Counted from the stretch's first letter, positions 38,542 to 48,524 are shown. The stretch: 64,000 bases of DNA from Candidatus Spyradenecus sp. (GCA_045634445.1 JAZRAG010000014.1:15272-79271), one strand, 5' to 3'. Numbers and translations: made by a program. Notes: generated from the sequence alone by a model not told the origin.

Positions 38542-39393
38542 ATGGCTATTCGCGCAATGATTTTTATTGACGGATGCTGGTTATACAAGGGGCGTCAAGC
38601 GTTGTTTGACAAGCTCGGTGAAAAAGGGTTTGAAGTCGACTACAAGCGAATTCCCGATATTATCGCTCAGTCGTTGGCTGAAATTAGCGGTCAAGAGGTT
38701 GATGTTGTCCGTACCTGCTATTATGGCACCATTCCGACCAACAAGATGGGTTACAATCCTGCCAAGCAGAAGGTGTTTTACGATTTCTTAGGCGAACAGT
38801 GCGGTTACGAAATGGATGTCATGGAAATTGACTTCCGCAAGGAGCCCAATGCACTTCCTGATGCCAAGTGGGTGAATGCAAACTTGGCCTCCGAAATGAC
38901 CTATTACGCAATGCAACCTGGCGCTTACGATGTGGCCGTTTTGGTTGCTGGTGACGCAGATTACGTCCCTGTTTTGCGCCGTATTCGTCGTATGGGCAAG
39001 CGTGTGCAGTTGGTCGCGATGAATGCCATTCGTGGCCATATGATTTCTTGCAAGACCTTGTTGTCTGCGCCTGGTTGCTTTGACTTCCCGCACATCTTTA
39101 TGGATGAACACGCCAAGGAATTCCGTTTGCAACGTGAAATGCAGAAGCGTGCTTGCATGAACTGCGGCGTGGAAGAAGAAACCACTTGGGCAGGCGAAGA
39201 ATTCTACTGCGCAGAATGTCGCATTAAGCGTTCGCGTAAATTGCGTAAGTGTGACAACTGCGGTCGCGAAGAAGAAACTACTTGGGATAAGGACTTCTTC
39301 TATTGCTCGGAATGCCGTGCCAATTATCGTGGCGCGAATGCAGAAGCCGAAGCAGAAAAGAAGCGCCCGACCCTCACCCCCACTGTGGAATAA
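38542..39393 (+). CDS. NYN/LabA-like (PIN-fold) nuclease domain protein with two C-terminal zinc-ribbon repeats
   Basis: LabA/NYN core (AVLVAGDADYVPVLRRIR). Tandem CxxC-x17-CxxC units (CMNCGVEEETTW..CAEC / CDNCGREEETTW..CSEC). Confidence 0.55.
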   Translation: MAIRAMIFIDGCWLYKGRQALFDKLGEKGFEVDYKRIPDIIAQSLAEISGQEVDVVRTCYYGTIPTNKMGYNPAKQKVFYDFLGEQCGYEMDVMEIDFRKEPNALPDAKWVNANLASEMTYYAMQPGAYDVAVLVAGDADYVPVLRRIRRMGKRVQLVAMNAIRGHMISCKTLLSAPGCFDFPHIFMDEHAKEFRLQREMQKRACMNCGVEEETTWAGEEFYCAECRIKRSRKLRKCDNCGREEETTWDKDFFYCSECRANYRGANAEAEAEKKRPTLTPTVE

Positions 39394-39415
39394 AACATCA
39401 TCGTGGAATAAACGA

Positions 39416-39446
39416 AAAGAGGCGGCTTCGGTCGCCTCTTTCATTT
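39416..39446 (+). terminator. Intrinsic terminator after the NYN gene
   Basis: AAAGAGGCG-gcttcggt-CGCCTCTTT followed by a T-rich run. Confidence 0.5.
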
Positions 39447-39473
39447 CGAAGGGTAGGGTAAATAAAAGGGGTT

Positions 39474-39534
39474 AAAACTGAACCTTACTGCGACTGAAAC
39501 TGAACCTCACTTTGAGTGAAAGTCAACCTTACTT
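39474..39534. promoter_or_regulatory. Three direct repeats ((A)AACTGAACCTYACT, AAGTCAACCTTACT) at 22-23-bp spacing upstream of dapF (operator or iteron-like)
   Basis: aaactgaaccttact, aaactgaacctcact and aagtcaaccttactt are each about 2 helical turns apart. A dapF extended -10 TGATATAAT lies at 39596-39604. Confidence 0.3.
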
Positions 39535-39625
39535 CATTTTCACTTCAAATGTGCTTAAATTAGGTCTCAAAAACAAAGAACACTTTTTCATTATTATGAT
39601 ATAATAATGGGGTTGATTTTAAGGA

Positions 39626-40474
39626 GTGAATATGGTCCTTCATTTTACAAAGATGCACGGCGCGGCAAATGACTTCATTATGTTGGATGATCGCGAGAAG
39701 ACGGTGCCGTGGCAAGATTACGTATTGATGAGCTTATTGGCCGCACGCCGAACGGGTGTGGGATGCGAAGGCATTATTTTGATTCAGAAGTCTAAGCGCG
39801 CAGATTTTCGCATGCGCTTTTTGAATCCAGATGGCACCGAAGTGGATATGTGTGGTAATGGCGCACGTTGTGCGGCATGGTTTGCGCATAAGATTGGCGC
39901 GGCGCCGCGTTCCATGACGATGGAAACCTCCTGCGGTTTGTTGGACGCTGAGATTTTAGATGACTGCAATGTCAAAGTGTGGATGCCTGAACCGACTGCA
40001 CGTTCTTACGGTATTAAGATCTCGGTGGATGGTCAGATGATTGAGGGCGATTACATCAATACGGGTGTGCCGCACTTTGTGGTGCACACGGAGAGCCCTG
40101 AAGCTGTAGATATTGACAACTTAGGTCGCGCCATTCGCTTGCACGCCGCCTTCGCGCCTGAAGGGGTGAATGTGGACTTTGTGGCTTTGCGCGAATCCAA
40201 TCGTTTAAGTATGCGTACTTACGAACGTGGCGTTGAAGCAGAATCTGGCGCTTGCGGCACGGGTGCTGTGGCTGCTGCTATTACGGCCGTGGAAGCACAT
40301 GCGGGTACGTTGCCAATCACCGTACGCACGAGCGGCGGTTTTATGTTGAATATTGACGCAGACTGGCGCAATAATCGTTGCACGGGATTGACCTTGACAG
40401 GTCCGGTGCGCGAAGTCTATCAAGGCGCTATTGATTTGTCGCAGTATAGCAACGATTTGACTGGCATTGAATGA
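39626..40474 (+). CDS. dapF: Diaminopimelate epimerase
   Basis: KMHGAANDF motif and two catalytic Cys regions. Confidence 0.85.
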   Translation: MNMVLHFTKMHGAANDFIMLDDREKTVPWQDYVLMSLLAARRTGVGCEGIILIQKSKRADFRMRFLNPDGTEVDMCGNGARCAAWFAHKIGAAPRSMTMETSCGLLDAEILDDCNVKVWMPEPTARSYGIKISVDGQMIEGDYINTGVPHFVVHTESPEAVDIDNLGRAIRLHAAFAPEGVNVDFVALRESNRLSMRTYERGVEAESGACGTGAVAAAITAVEAHAGTLPITVRTSGGFMLNIDADWRNNRCTGLTLTGPVREVYQGAIDLSQYSNDLTGIE

Positions 40475-41184
40475 ATCTGATTCTCATAACAGAAGACGAA
40501 ATCGTTGCTGGCACCTGTACGCTTACAGATGCACGCGCAGAACATCTGCGTAAGTTTTTGCATGCGCAGCCGGGTAGCACCTTCCGCGTGGGTATTGTGG
40601 ATGGCTTGCAGGGGCTCGCTACTGTGACTGAAGTGACCGCGTCTGCGGTTTCATTTTCCGTAGCGTGTAATGAGCCCACGCTTCCTCCGTGGTATGACCT
40701 CATCTTGGCATTGCCGCGTCCGCGCTCATTACGTCGAATTCTCTTCCAGAGCGCTGCGATGGGCGTGCGTAACATCTTTGTGGTGGGCGCAAAGAAGGTG
40801 GAGAAGAGCTATTTCTCAATGCACCTTTTGCGCGAGGAAGAATATCGCCCTGTTTTGTTGGAAGGCTTAATGCAAGGAAAGAGTACGCTCTTGCCGCGCG
40901 TGCATATTGTGCCGAAATTGCGTGACCTTTGGACGCAGTTGCCGAGCGAAGATACCTTGCGTATCATTGCCAATCCCTCAGAGGAAAACTTCGGCATTTC
41001 GCAGTCTGCAGGCTTCCCCGTGATTGCCATTGGTCCTGATGGTGGATGGACTTCTGAAGAGAATGATGCCTTTGCCGCGCAGGGCTTCTTACCGTTTACA
41101 TTAGGTCCACGTCCTTTGCGTACCGATACGGCTGCAATCGCGCTTCCCGCGGTTATTCAAGATCGGTTGCACTTTAGAGGCTAA
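40471..41184 (+). CDS. rsmE: 16S rRNA (uracil1498-N3)-methyltransferase RsmE-like
   Basis: Size, order and a SPOUT-like C-terminus. Overlaps the dapF stop. Confidence 0.6.
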   Translation: MNLILITEDEIVAGTCTLTDARAEHLRKFLHAQPGSTFRVGIVDGLQGLATVTEVTASAVSFSVACNEPTLPPWYDLILALPRPRSLRRILFQSAAMGVRNIFVVGAKKVEKSYFSMHLLREEEYRPVLLEGLMQGKSTLLPRVHIVPKLRDLWTQLPSEDTLRIIANPSEENFGISQSAGFPVIAIGPDGGWTSEENDAFAAQGFLPFTLGPRPLRTDTAAIALPAVIQDRLHFRG

Positions 41185-41205
41185 GGAACGTACAAGGAAC
41201 ACGCC

Positions 41206-42090
41206 GTGGAAAATCTGCTGATAGCCTTTGGTTTAACGTTGATTGCTGGCCTCTCGACTGGCTTTGGTGCTATCTTTGCCTTTTTCTCTAAGCGGACCAA
41301 TACGCGCTTGCTCTCGGTGGCAACAGGCCTCTCTGCAGGGGTGATGTTGTATGTTTCTTTTATGGAGTTGCTCCCTGGGGGCATGGCCGAATTAATGGAA
41401 GCGGGCAGCTCTTCGCGTGCGGCTTCGCTTTGGGCGCTATTGGCCTTTTTCTTCGGGATTCTGTTAATCTTCTTAATTGACCGTTTAGTGCCAGAAGCTG
41501 AAAACCCGCACGAAACGCACACCCCCGCTGAGTACACAGAGTTGCGCGATGAAACGGCTGAAACACCTCCTGAGGCCCAACATCACATTGAGGAAACGAA
41601 GCGCCACCAACATCATAAGTTGTTGCGCATGGGTGTCTTTACAGCGCTTGCCATCATCATCCATAACTTCCCTGAAGGTCTTGCTGCCTTCTTAACGGCA
41701 TACGAAAATCCGCAGTTAGGCGTGGCAATTACTGTCGCTATTGCGTTGCACAATATTCCTGAAGGCATTTCGGTGTCGGTGCCGATTTATTATGCCACAG
41801 GTAGCCGCCGTAAAGCCTTCGTGTGGTCTTGTCTCTCAGGCTTAGCAGAACCCATCGGCGCTTTTGTGTTGTGGGGCCTTTTGGCATGTTGTTACCGAAG
41901 TGTTATCTTTACACCCCCAGTCTTTTTATTGGGTATGACCTCTGCCGCGGTAGCGGGAATTATGGTCTTTATCAGTTTAGACGAATTACTGCCAGCGTCT
42001 CGCACCTATGGTCGAGGTCACGATTCCCTCTATGGCCTCGTCGCTGGGATGGCAATCATGGCATTGAGTTTGGTCTTTTTGGAAGTGTAA
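41206..42090 (+). CDS. zupT: ZIP-family zinc transporter (ZupT-like)
   Basis: HNFPEGLA and HNIPEGIS motifs. His-rich loop. Confidence 0.8.
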   Translation: MENLLIAFGLTLIAGLSTGFGAIFAFFSKRTNTRLLSVATGLSAGVMLYVSFMELLPGGMAELMEAGSSSRAASLWALLAFFFGILLIFLIDRLVPEAENPHETHTPAEYTELRDETAETPPEAQHHIEETKRHQHHKLLRMGVFTALAIIIHNFPEGLAAFLTAYENPQLGVAITVAIALHNIPEGISVSVPIYYATGSRRKAFVWSCLSGLAEPIGAFVLWGLLACCYRSVIFTPPVFLLGMTSAAVAGIMVFISLDELLPASRTYGRGHDSLYGLVAGMAIMALSLVFLEV

Positions 42091-42116
42091 AGATAGAGTA
42101 GGGTGGGTGTCGGTTT

Positions 42117-43421
42117 ATGCGAATAAAAGGATATGACCATTTCCTTCGCAACATGCGCCTTTGGCTCATGGGCTTCATGATGGTGGCTTTTGCAACAGTT
42201 CTTTCTGCTGCGCCAGATGCGCCTGGTGAATTCCGTTTACGATTAGGCCCGATTTTTGAAGTCAATGTCAATAACAGCCGCCTCACGAAGTTGGCCATTC
42301 GCCCCTTGTGGGCTTGGGAAGAGTCCACCTTTGACCAACGCGATAAGGATATGGAAATTCTCTGGCCACTCTCTCACTTTGGGTGGCGTCGTCCTGCTTA
42401 TCATTGGCGCGTCCTAATGACCTTCTGGCACGAGGAGGATTGGACAGAAACCCGTAGCCGCGACTATTCTCTCGCCATTCCGCCCTTTTGGTTCCATGGG
42501 CGTGACGAGGGTGAAAATTATGCGGGTCTCTTCCCCATTTATGGACGTATGCCTAAGGTCTTTTTTGTGGAAGATGCGCAGTGGGCGATGTTCCCCTTTT
42601 GGTTACGTTATCGCACTGGTGGCTCTCAGGCGATTTGGCGTGACTACTTTCTCTTCCCCTTCTTCTCGCTCAAGTATGACGACGACAAGACGCGTTGGTC
42701 GCTTTGGCCAATTTATGGCACCAAGAAGGAAAAGGACTTCAAATCGTTTTACTTCCTTTGGCCTATTTGGAATAGCTACTATTTTACCGCTGAGAATCAC
42801 AAAGGTGTCGGGTACATGTTGTGGCCATTGGTAGAACAAGTCTATACGAATTCCGAAAAGACCTTCGGCTTAATCCCGCCCTTGTTCCGTTATACGTACA
42901 CCACATCTGGTGCGCGGAATCTGCGGTTCCCGTGGCCCTTCTTTGAATACTACGGCGCCCCGAAGGAAAGTACGTGGAAGTGTTGGCGCTTTTGGGGTAT
43001 GACCCATCGCGGTTCGCGTGATGGATGGTGGTTCTTCTATCCCTTGATGTTGAAAGAACGTCAAAAGACGGTTAATCTCTATACCCGCAAATTCCGTTTT
43101 TGGCCTTTTTACACCAACGAAGTTAACTTCGGTTATGATATAGAAGGTAAACCTCACTTGCAGACAAGCTACTTCCGCATTTGGCCCTTCTATTCAAGTG
43201 CTTACAACGAACGTGAGGGGTTGCGCCGTAAGACCTTTGTGCTCTTCCCCATTCGTGATGTGCCGGCGATTGAACGCAATTGGGCGCCCTTTTGGACCTT
43301 CTACTCTGCGCGTCAATTGCCTGGTTCTGATGAGATTCTCCATGAACTCTTTTGGGGCCTAATTTGGTGGCGGACCTATCCAGACCCCAACGATGTCGAA
43401 CTCCCCGAAGAGGAGGACTAA
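42117..43421 (+). CDS. Hypothetical secreted Trp/Phe/Tyr-rich protein (probable start MRLWLMG at 42153)
   Basis: Signal peptide. Recurring WPxFY/FWPFY motifs. Stop overlaps the mlaE start. Confidence 0.35.
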   Translation: MRIKGYDHFLRNMRLWLMGFMMVAFATVLSAAPDAPGEFRLRLGPIFEVNVNNSRLTKLAIRPLWAWEESTFDQRDKDMEILWPLSHFGWRRPAYHWRVLMTFWHEEDWTETRSRDYSLAIPPFWFHGRDEGENYAGLFPIYGRMPKVFFVEDAQWAMFPFWLRYRTGGSQAIWRDYFLFPFFSLKYDDDKTRWSLWPIYGTKKEKDFKSFYFLWPIWNSYYFTAENHKGVGYMLWPLVEQVYTNSEKTFGLIPPLFRYTYTTSGARNLRFPWPFFEYYGAPKESTWKCWRFWGMTHRGSRDGWWFFYPLMLKERQKTVNLYTRKFRFWPFYTNEVNFGYDIEGKPHLQTSYFRIWPFYSSAYNEREGLRRKTFVLFPIRDVPAIERNWAPFWTFYSARQLPGSDEILHELFWGLIWWRTYPDPNDVELPEEED

Positions 43422-43422
43422 C

Positions 43423-44208
43423 ATGACCATTATTCGAGAAACAACAGGTGGTGTGGTCGCCAATTGCTTAGTAGCGCTTGGGCGCGCAGTGCAGTTGGCC
43501 TTGCTTGCGCTCTGCCAATTCCCCTCCGTCATCTTTCGGAAGGATGCGCGGCACACCTTCCAACAGCAACTCTACGTGATTGGTATTGGCACCTTGCCCG
43601 TGGCCACCGTGGTGGCGATGTTTACGGGCATGATTCTCACCCTGCAATTAGGTATTTCCTTCAAGCAAATCTCTCAGGAATTAATGGTGGCCTACACCTT
43701 GTCCTTTGCAATGTTGCGTGAAATGGGCCCCTTCATGACAGGTGTCATTCTCGCATCATGCGTCGGTTCTGCAATGGCTGCCCAACTCGGCACCATGAAG
43801 GTCAATGAAGAGATTGCCGCTTTGGAAATGATGAGTATTGACCCCGTACGCTACTTGGTCGCACCGCGTATGTGGGCGCTGATCATTATGGCGCCCTTGA
43901 TCTCCTTCTATACGTGTGTGGTGGCCTTTGTGGGCGGTGCTATTGTGGGGTATACGCAGCTGAATGTGCCCTTTATGCAGTTTATCTACGAGATTGTGAC
44001 GGTAGCAGAACTGAAAGACCTCTATGTAGGCCTCTTTAAGACAGGTCTCTTCGGCATTCTCATCTGCACCATCTCTTGTTCGGTTGGCTTTGCAACGGTT
44101 CAAGGCGCTGCAGGGGTAGGTGCCTCCACCCGTCGCGCAGTGATTTACTCCTTCCTTGCTATCTTGGCAGGCGGCTATTTTGTGACGAGGTTCTGCTATG
44201 TCTTCTGA
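43423..44208 (+). CDS. mlaE: ABC transporter permease MlaE
   Basis: MlaE-like multi-TM protein. Precedes an ABC ATPase and an MCE protein. Confidence 0.7.
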   Translation: MTIIRETTGGVVANCLVALGRAVQLALLALCQFPSVIFRKDARHTFQQQLYVIGIGTLPVATVVAMFTGMILTLQLGISFKQISQELMVAYTLSFAMLREMGPFMTGVILASCVGSAMAAQLGTMKVNEEIAALEMMSIDPVRYLVAPRMWALIIMAPLISFYTCVVAFVGGAIVGYTQLNVPFMQFIYEIVTVAELKDLYVGLFKTGLFGILICTISCSVGFATVQGAAGVGASTRRAVIYSFLAILAGGYFVTRFCYVF

Positions 44209-44974
44209 TCAATCCCAAATCGTGGACGAAGTGGTTCGTTTTGAAGCAGTGGGCAAGACCTTCGGCACCCGTGAGGTGTTGAAAGACCAGACCTTCTCCG
44301 TGAAACCTGGCGAACTGTTTGTTATTATTGGCCCATCGGGTACGGGTAAGAGTGTTACGCTCAAACTCATTGCTGGACTCTTACACCCCACTCAAGGCTC
44401 TGTCAAAGTCCTTGGGCAAGAGGTGTGCCAATGCTCTTCTGAGGCGTTAGCCAACCTTCGCCGTCGTATCGGCTTCCTCTTCCAAGGTGGCGCCCTCCTC
44501 GGATGGAAAACCCTTGCAGAAAATATCGCCTTGCCCTTGGTCGAACACGGAGGCCTCTCCGCGAGCGAAATTCAGTCACGCGTTGCGGCTGCTCTTGCAG
44601 AAGTAGGCCTCCAAGATGCTGGCGAACTCTACCCTGCAGAAGTATCAGGTGGTATGTTGAAGCGCGCCGCCTTTGCGCGCGCCATTATTGAAAATCCTGA
44701 GGTGCTTCTCTTTGACGAACCCACTTCTGGCCTTGATCCAGTCATGGCATACACTATTGACGCGTTGATTCACAAAATCAATCGCACACACAATGCCGCC
44801 TGTATTGTCGTCACGCACGATCTCGTTGGCGCGTTACGCTATGCAGATCGAATTGGCTTCTTGAAAGAGGGTAAATTCCTCATGGTGGGAACCCCTGAAG
44901 CCATTCGTGCAAGTGAAATTCCTGAAATTAAAGCATTTTTAAATCCTGAACAAACGGAGGTCATTTATGGCTGA
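44198..44974 (+). CDS. mlaF: ABC transporter ATP-binding protein MlaF
   Basis: Walker A GPSGTGKSV, LSGG signature and Walker B. Confidence 0.8.
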   Translation: MSSDQSQIVDEVVRFEAVGKTFGTREVLKDQTFSVKPGELFVIIGPSGTGKSVTLKLIAGLLHPTQGSVKVLGQEVCQCSSEALANLRRRIGFLFQGGALLGWKTLAENIALPLVEHGGLSASEIQSRVAAALAEVGLQDAGELYPAEVSGGMLKRAAFARAIIENPEVLLFDEPTSGLDPVMAYTIDALIHKINRTHNAACIVVTHDLVGALRYADRIGFLKEGKFLMVGTPEAIRASEIPEIKAFLNPEQTEVIYG

Positions 44975-46181
44975 TTCGCGTGGTATGATTAAAGACATTA
45001 TGACGGGCATCTTCCTCTTGGCAGTTGTCGGCTTGCTCGTCTTCTTCACTGTCATCATTAGTGGTGTAGACTTGATTAAAGGCCGCTATATGAAGACTTG
45101 CAACATCTGCTTTACGGATGTCGGCACCCTCAAAGCCCAAGACCCCGTCTATGTGCGCGGGTTAAAGGTGGGTAGTGTCCAGTCGCTTAACCTCATCCCT
45201 GGCGCAGTCATGGTTAAAATCTCTGTAGACTCCACCGTGACGCTCCGAGAAGACTACGCAATCACCGTTGGGAAAACCTCTATGCTCGGCGGTACTTGCC
45301 TTCAAATCACAGAAGGTGCCTCTCCAACCCTCCTCCCTGAAGGTACCCCTCTGACAGGCCTGCCCCCCGTTGATGTTATGGCAGACCTTGGCGAACTCGT
45401 CAAGGAGTTGCGCGATGCCGTAGACCCCCAGAATCTCGAAAGCGCCGTAACCAATATCCAAACCATCTCGGCAGACCTTGCTGTGATCACCCACCGCGTG
45501 CGCGAAGGAGAGGGTACCATCGGCAAACTCCTCTCCGAAGATTCGTCTCTCTACGAAGATCTCACGGCAAACTTGGCTAATCTCAAAGTCATCACCGAAG
45601 AAATTCGCACAGGTAAAGGCCTCCTTGGTAAACTGATCAATGAAGATGACTCTACCTATGAAGCCCTCAAAACCGCCGTTGCTAATATCAATGAAACAAC
45701 GGAAAACCTTAAGGCGGGCAAAGGCCTTCTTGGGAAGTTAATCAATGAAGAAGACACCACCTACGGTAAATTGAAAGCAACGATGGCCAACCTTAATGCG
45801 GTCACCACCGATATCAAAGAAGGCAAAGGTCTCCTTGGTAAACTCCTGAAAGAGGACGATACCACCTACAATGACTTGAAAGTCGCCCTCGCTAATATTC
45901 GCCAAGTCACGGAAAAACTCAACGATCCCAACTCTGGCTTTGGTCGCCTCTTGGCAGAAGAGTCCACCCTTATTGCCGACCTTGAATCTTCTGCAGAAAA
46001 TATCCGCCTCATTACAGAGAAGCTTGAGAAAGGCGATGGTACCCTCGGCAAGTTGGTCAATGATGACCAGGTCGCGGTTGAACTTGAATCCGCTATCAAA
46101 GATGTCCGTCAAATTATTGACAACATGCGCGATACAGCACCTATCACAACCTTCTCCTCCCTCTTCTTCAGCGGCTTATAA
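44967..46181 (+). CDS. mlaD: MCE-domain protein MlaD with an extended C-terminal tandem-repeat coiled coil
   Basis: N-terminal TM and MCE domain. Six tandem units of about 35 aa, G[KE]G[LT][LI]GKL[IL]xEDDxTYxxLK... Confidence 0.65.
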   Translation: MADSRGMIKDIMTGIFLLAVVGLLVFFTVIISGVDLIKGRYMKTCNICFTDVGTLKAQDPVYVRGLKVGSVQSLNLIPGAVMVKISVDSTVTLREDYAITVGKTSMLGGTCLQITEGASPTLLPEGTPLTGLPPVDVMADLGELVKELRDAVDPQNLESAVTNIQTISADLAVITHRVREGEGTIGKLLSEDSSLYEDLTANLANLKVITEEIRTGKGLLGKLINEDDSTYEALKTAVANINETTENLKAGKGLLGKLINEEDTTYGKLKATMANLNAVTTDIKEGKGLLGKLLKEDDTTYNDLKVALANIRQVTEKLNDPNSGFGRLLAEESTLIADLESSAENIRLITEKLEKGDGTLGKLVNDDQVAVELESAIKDVRQIIDNMRDTAPITTFSSLFFSGL

Positions 46182-46417
46182 GCGCTCTGTAGCCATCGGT
46201 ACTGTTGGCGAGCGATACTCGCTATTGAGTGCCGATGGTACTTTTTATTTCCACAATACGTACAATTCTCTACCCGTATTGCGTTTTCTAGCCGATGCTT
46301 GGGCGCATATAGGCTGGAGAATCATTTTCATTGTTCTATGGCGTAGCTGTCCCAGTCTTGCGCCAGCGCTTCTTGTATCCAGTGGTATAACGGAGTACAC
46401 AACCAACGCAGTCGCCG

Positions 46418-47023
46418 TTATGCGAGGCGGCGATAGATGGCGAGTCGCGTTTTACCGTAGAGGCGATCGCGAACAAGGGTGAAGCCTGGGAGTTCTAATG
46501 CATCGGTACGGTAGTCGGTCTCAGTGATGAGAAAGCCCTCGGCGGTGAGGAGATTGCGCGTGATGAGGGCTTCAGCGATGGGAGCAAAGCCATTCTCTTG
46601 AGCCCAGAGGTAGGGCGGGTCTGCGAAGACGATGTCATACGGTCGGAGGTTGACCGTTGTGGCCATAGGCGCAGGCGCCTTGCGATGGGTGGGTTTGGCA
46701 TGGTCAGCGAGGCCAAGCCAGGAGAGGGTGTTGACATTTTGGGCGTAGTAGTCATCAACACCGAAGGCTTGAAGATTCTTCTTTAGCGTGTTGAAGACCG
46801 CTTTGTCTTGTTCTAAGAAGGTTACTTCTGCAACGCCGCGACTGAGGGCGTCTAAGCCTACCGCACCAGAGCCAGCAAAGAGGTCTAAGAAGCGTGCCCC
46901 TTGTAAGACGGGGGTGAGGAGATTGAAGAGCGCTTCGCGTACGCGGTCCTGCGTGGGGCGCACGCATTCAGATTTGGGCATGAGGAGGGTGCGTCCGCAC
47001 CATTGTCCACCAGTAATTCGCAT
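46418..47023 (-). CDS. rsmD: 16S rRNA (guanine966-N2)-methyltransferase RsmD
   Basis: MRITGGQWCGR...VRPTQDRVREALFNLL N-terminus and DPPY motif. Confidence 0.8.
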   Translation of the reverse strand: MRITGGQWCGRTLLMPKSECVRPTQDRVREALFNLLTPVLQGARFLDLFAGSGAVGLDALSRGVAEVTFLEQDKAVFNTLKKNLQAFGVDDYYAQNVNTLSWLGLADHAKPTHRKAPAPMATTVNLRPYDIVFADPPYLWAQENGFAPIAEALITRNLLTAEGFLITETDYRTDALELPGFTLVRDRLYGKTRLAIYRRLA

Positions 47024-47027
47024 AAAA

Positions 47028-47594
47028 TTAGGCCTCGGGATTGGTAATAGATTGACAGGGTAAGGGAATCTCCTGCGTGGAACCGTCAGATTTGCGTAGG
47101 AGAAGGTGCTTGAGGCACGGATTGGCTAATTGGGGCGCACCATTGTCGTACATCAAGGTATGGGGGAGGGAGATGGTTTCAGCCTCTGTGGCGTAGAGGA
47201 AGGCGAAGGGGTCTAAGGCTACCACTGTGAAATGGGTGCCGAGGTAATCAAAGTGGGCCGGGATTAACCATGTCTGCACACCCTTGATGGGGCGCGTAAC
47301 AATCGCGTGACCATTGCCATGATTGAGGCGAAAGCGGGTATCGCCGATGGCAATGCCGAGGACGCGGTCGGGGTCGGCGCCTTTGCCGAATTGGGCGGGA
47401 TCAATGTAATTACGGCGGTCATTGCGAATACGCACGGAGACAACCGCTGGTACAAAGCCGCAACCGTCCGCAATAAAGTAGAGCACTAACAATGGAATGA
47501 GCGACCAACAGAGCACCCGCCTAAAGAAGCGGTCGCGTTTAGCGCGTGCGATTTCGTCAGGATTGAGCTTCATAAGGAGAGTTGTTGAGCGCAA
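47028..47594 (-). CDS. Hypothetical membrane-anchored protein
   Basis: 188-aa ORF with an N-terminal TM. No motif recognised. Probable start MKLNPDE at 47573. Confidence 0.3.
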   Translation of the reverse strand: MRSTTLLMKLNPDEIARAKRDRFFRRVLCWSLIPLLVLYFIADGCGFVPAVVSVRIRNDRRNYIDPAQFGKGADPDRVLGIAIGDTRFRLNHGNGHAIVTRPIKGVQTWLIPAHFDYLGTHFTVVALDPFAFLYATEAETISLPHTLMYDNGAPQLANPCLKHLLLRKSDGSTQEIPLPCQSITNPEA

Positions 47595-48508
47595 GTGATG
47601 GCGTGGATCATGCTGTCGGCAGAGGCCTTACCCTGCCAAGCGAGATTAAAGGCGGTTCCGTGGTCGGGACTTGTGCGGATGATGGGGAGACCGAGGGTAA
47701 CGTTCACGCCGCAGTCAAAGGCTTGTAATTTGAAGGGGATGAGGCCTTGGTCATGGTACATCGCCACAAAGGCGTCGTAACGCGTGGCACCATTGGTGGC
47801 AATTAAGGCGGTATCGGGAACCAAAGGGCCTTCGAAATCGGCCCATTCCTGCGCTGCGGCGAGGGTAGGACGAATCACCTTTTCTTCTTCATCTCCGAAG
47901 GCTCCAGCTTCTCCAGCGTGCGGATTGAGCGCTAAGACGCCAATACGCGGACGGCGTTGCTTGATACGCTGGACTGCGGTGGCGGTGTCTTTGAGGACGC
48001 GGGAGAGGCGTTCTGGGGTGATGAGGCCGGGGACTTCGCGCAACGCGCAGTGGATGGTTACGAGGGAAACTAGCAAGTCTGGCGAGAAGAAAGCCATGGT
48101 TGCCTCTTCGCGACCACAGAGGCGGGCGAGTAATTCGGTATGCCCTGGGATATCGGTATGCCCTGCAAGGTGAAGTGCGGCTTTATTGAAGGGGGCCGTG
48201 ACAATGGCACGGACCTTTCCCGCGAGGGCATCTTGACCAGCCTGTACAACTGCGCGATAGGCGAGGTCGCCCGTTGCGGCCTGTACGATGCCAGGTTGGA
48301 TAGCACCCACGGAGGCATTAAGGGGCAAGTCCTTCCACTTAATATTGGGCGGAATGGGGATGTTTGCGACTTCACATGCGCGACAAAAGAGCGCGCGATG
48401 GGTATAGAGACGAAAGACTTCGTTGGGGAAGTGTGCAATGGCGCGGGCGGTAATTTCTGGGCCGATACCAGCGCATTCACCAACAGTTAAAGCCAATGGG
48501 GCGTTCAT
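47570..48508 (-). CDS. pdxA: 4-hydroxythreonine-4-phosphate dehydrogenase
   Basis: MNAPLALTVGECAGIGPEI N-terminus. Upstream extension to 48556 is unlikely. Confidence 0.8.
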   Translation of the reverse strand: MNAPLALTVGECAGIGPEITARAIAHFPNEVFRLYTHRALFCRACEVANIPIPPNIKWKDLPLNASVGAIQPGIVQAATGDLAYRAVVQAGQDALAGKVRAIVTAPFNKAALHLAGHTDIPGHTELLARLCGREEATMAFFSPDLLVSLVTIHCALREVPGLITPERLSRVLKDTATAVQRIKQRRPRIGVLALNPHAGEAGAFGDEEEKVIRPTLAAAQEWADFEGPLVPDTALIATNGATRYDAFVAMYHDQGLIPFKLQAFDCGVNVTLGLPIIRTSPDHGTAFNLAWQGKASADSMIHAITCAQQLSL

Positions 48509-48524
48509 AAGAGCGGTCTTTCGA

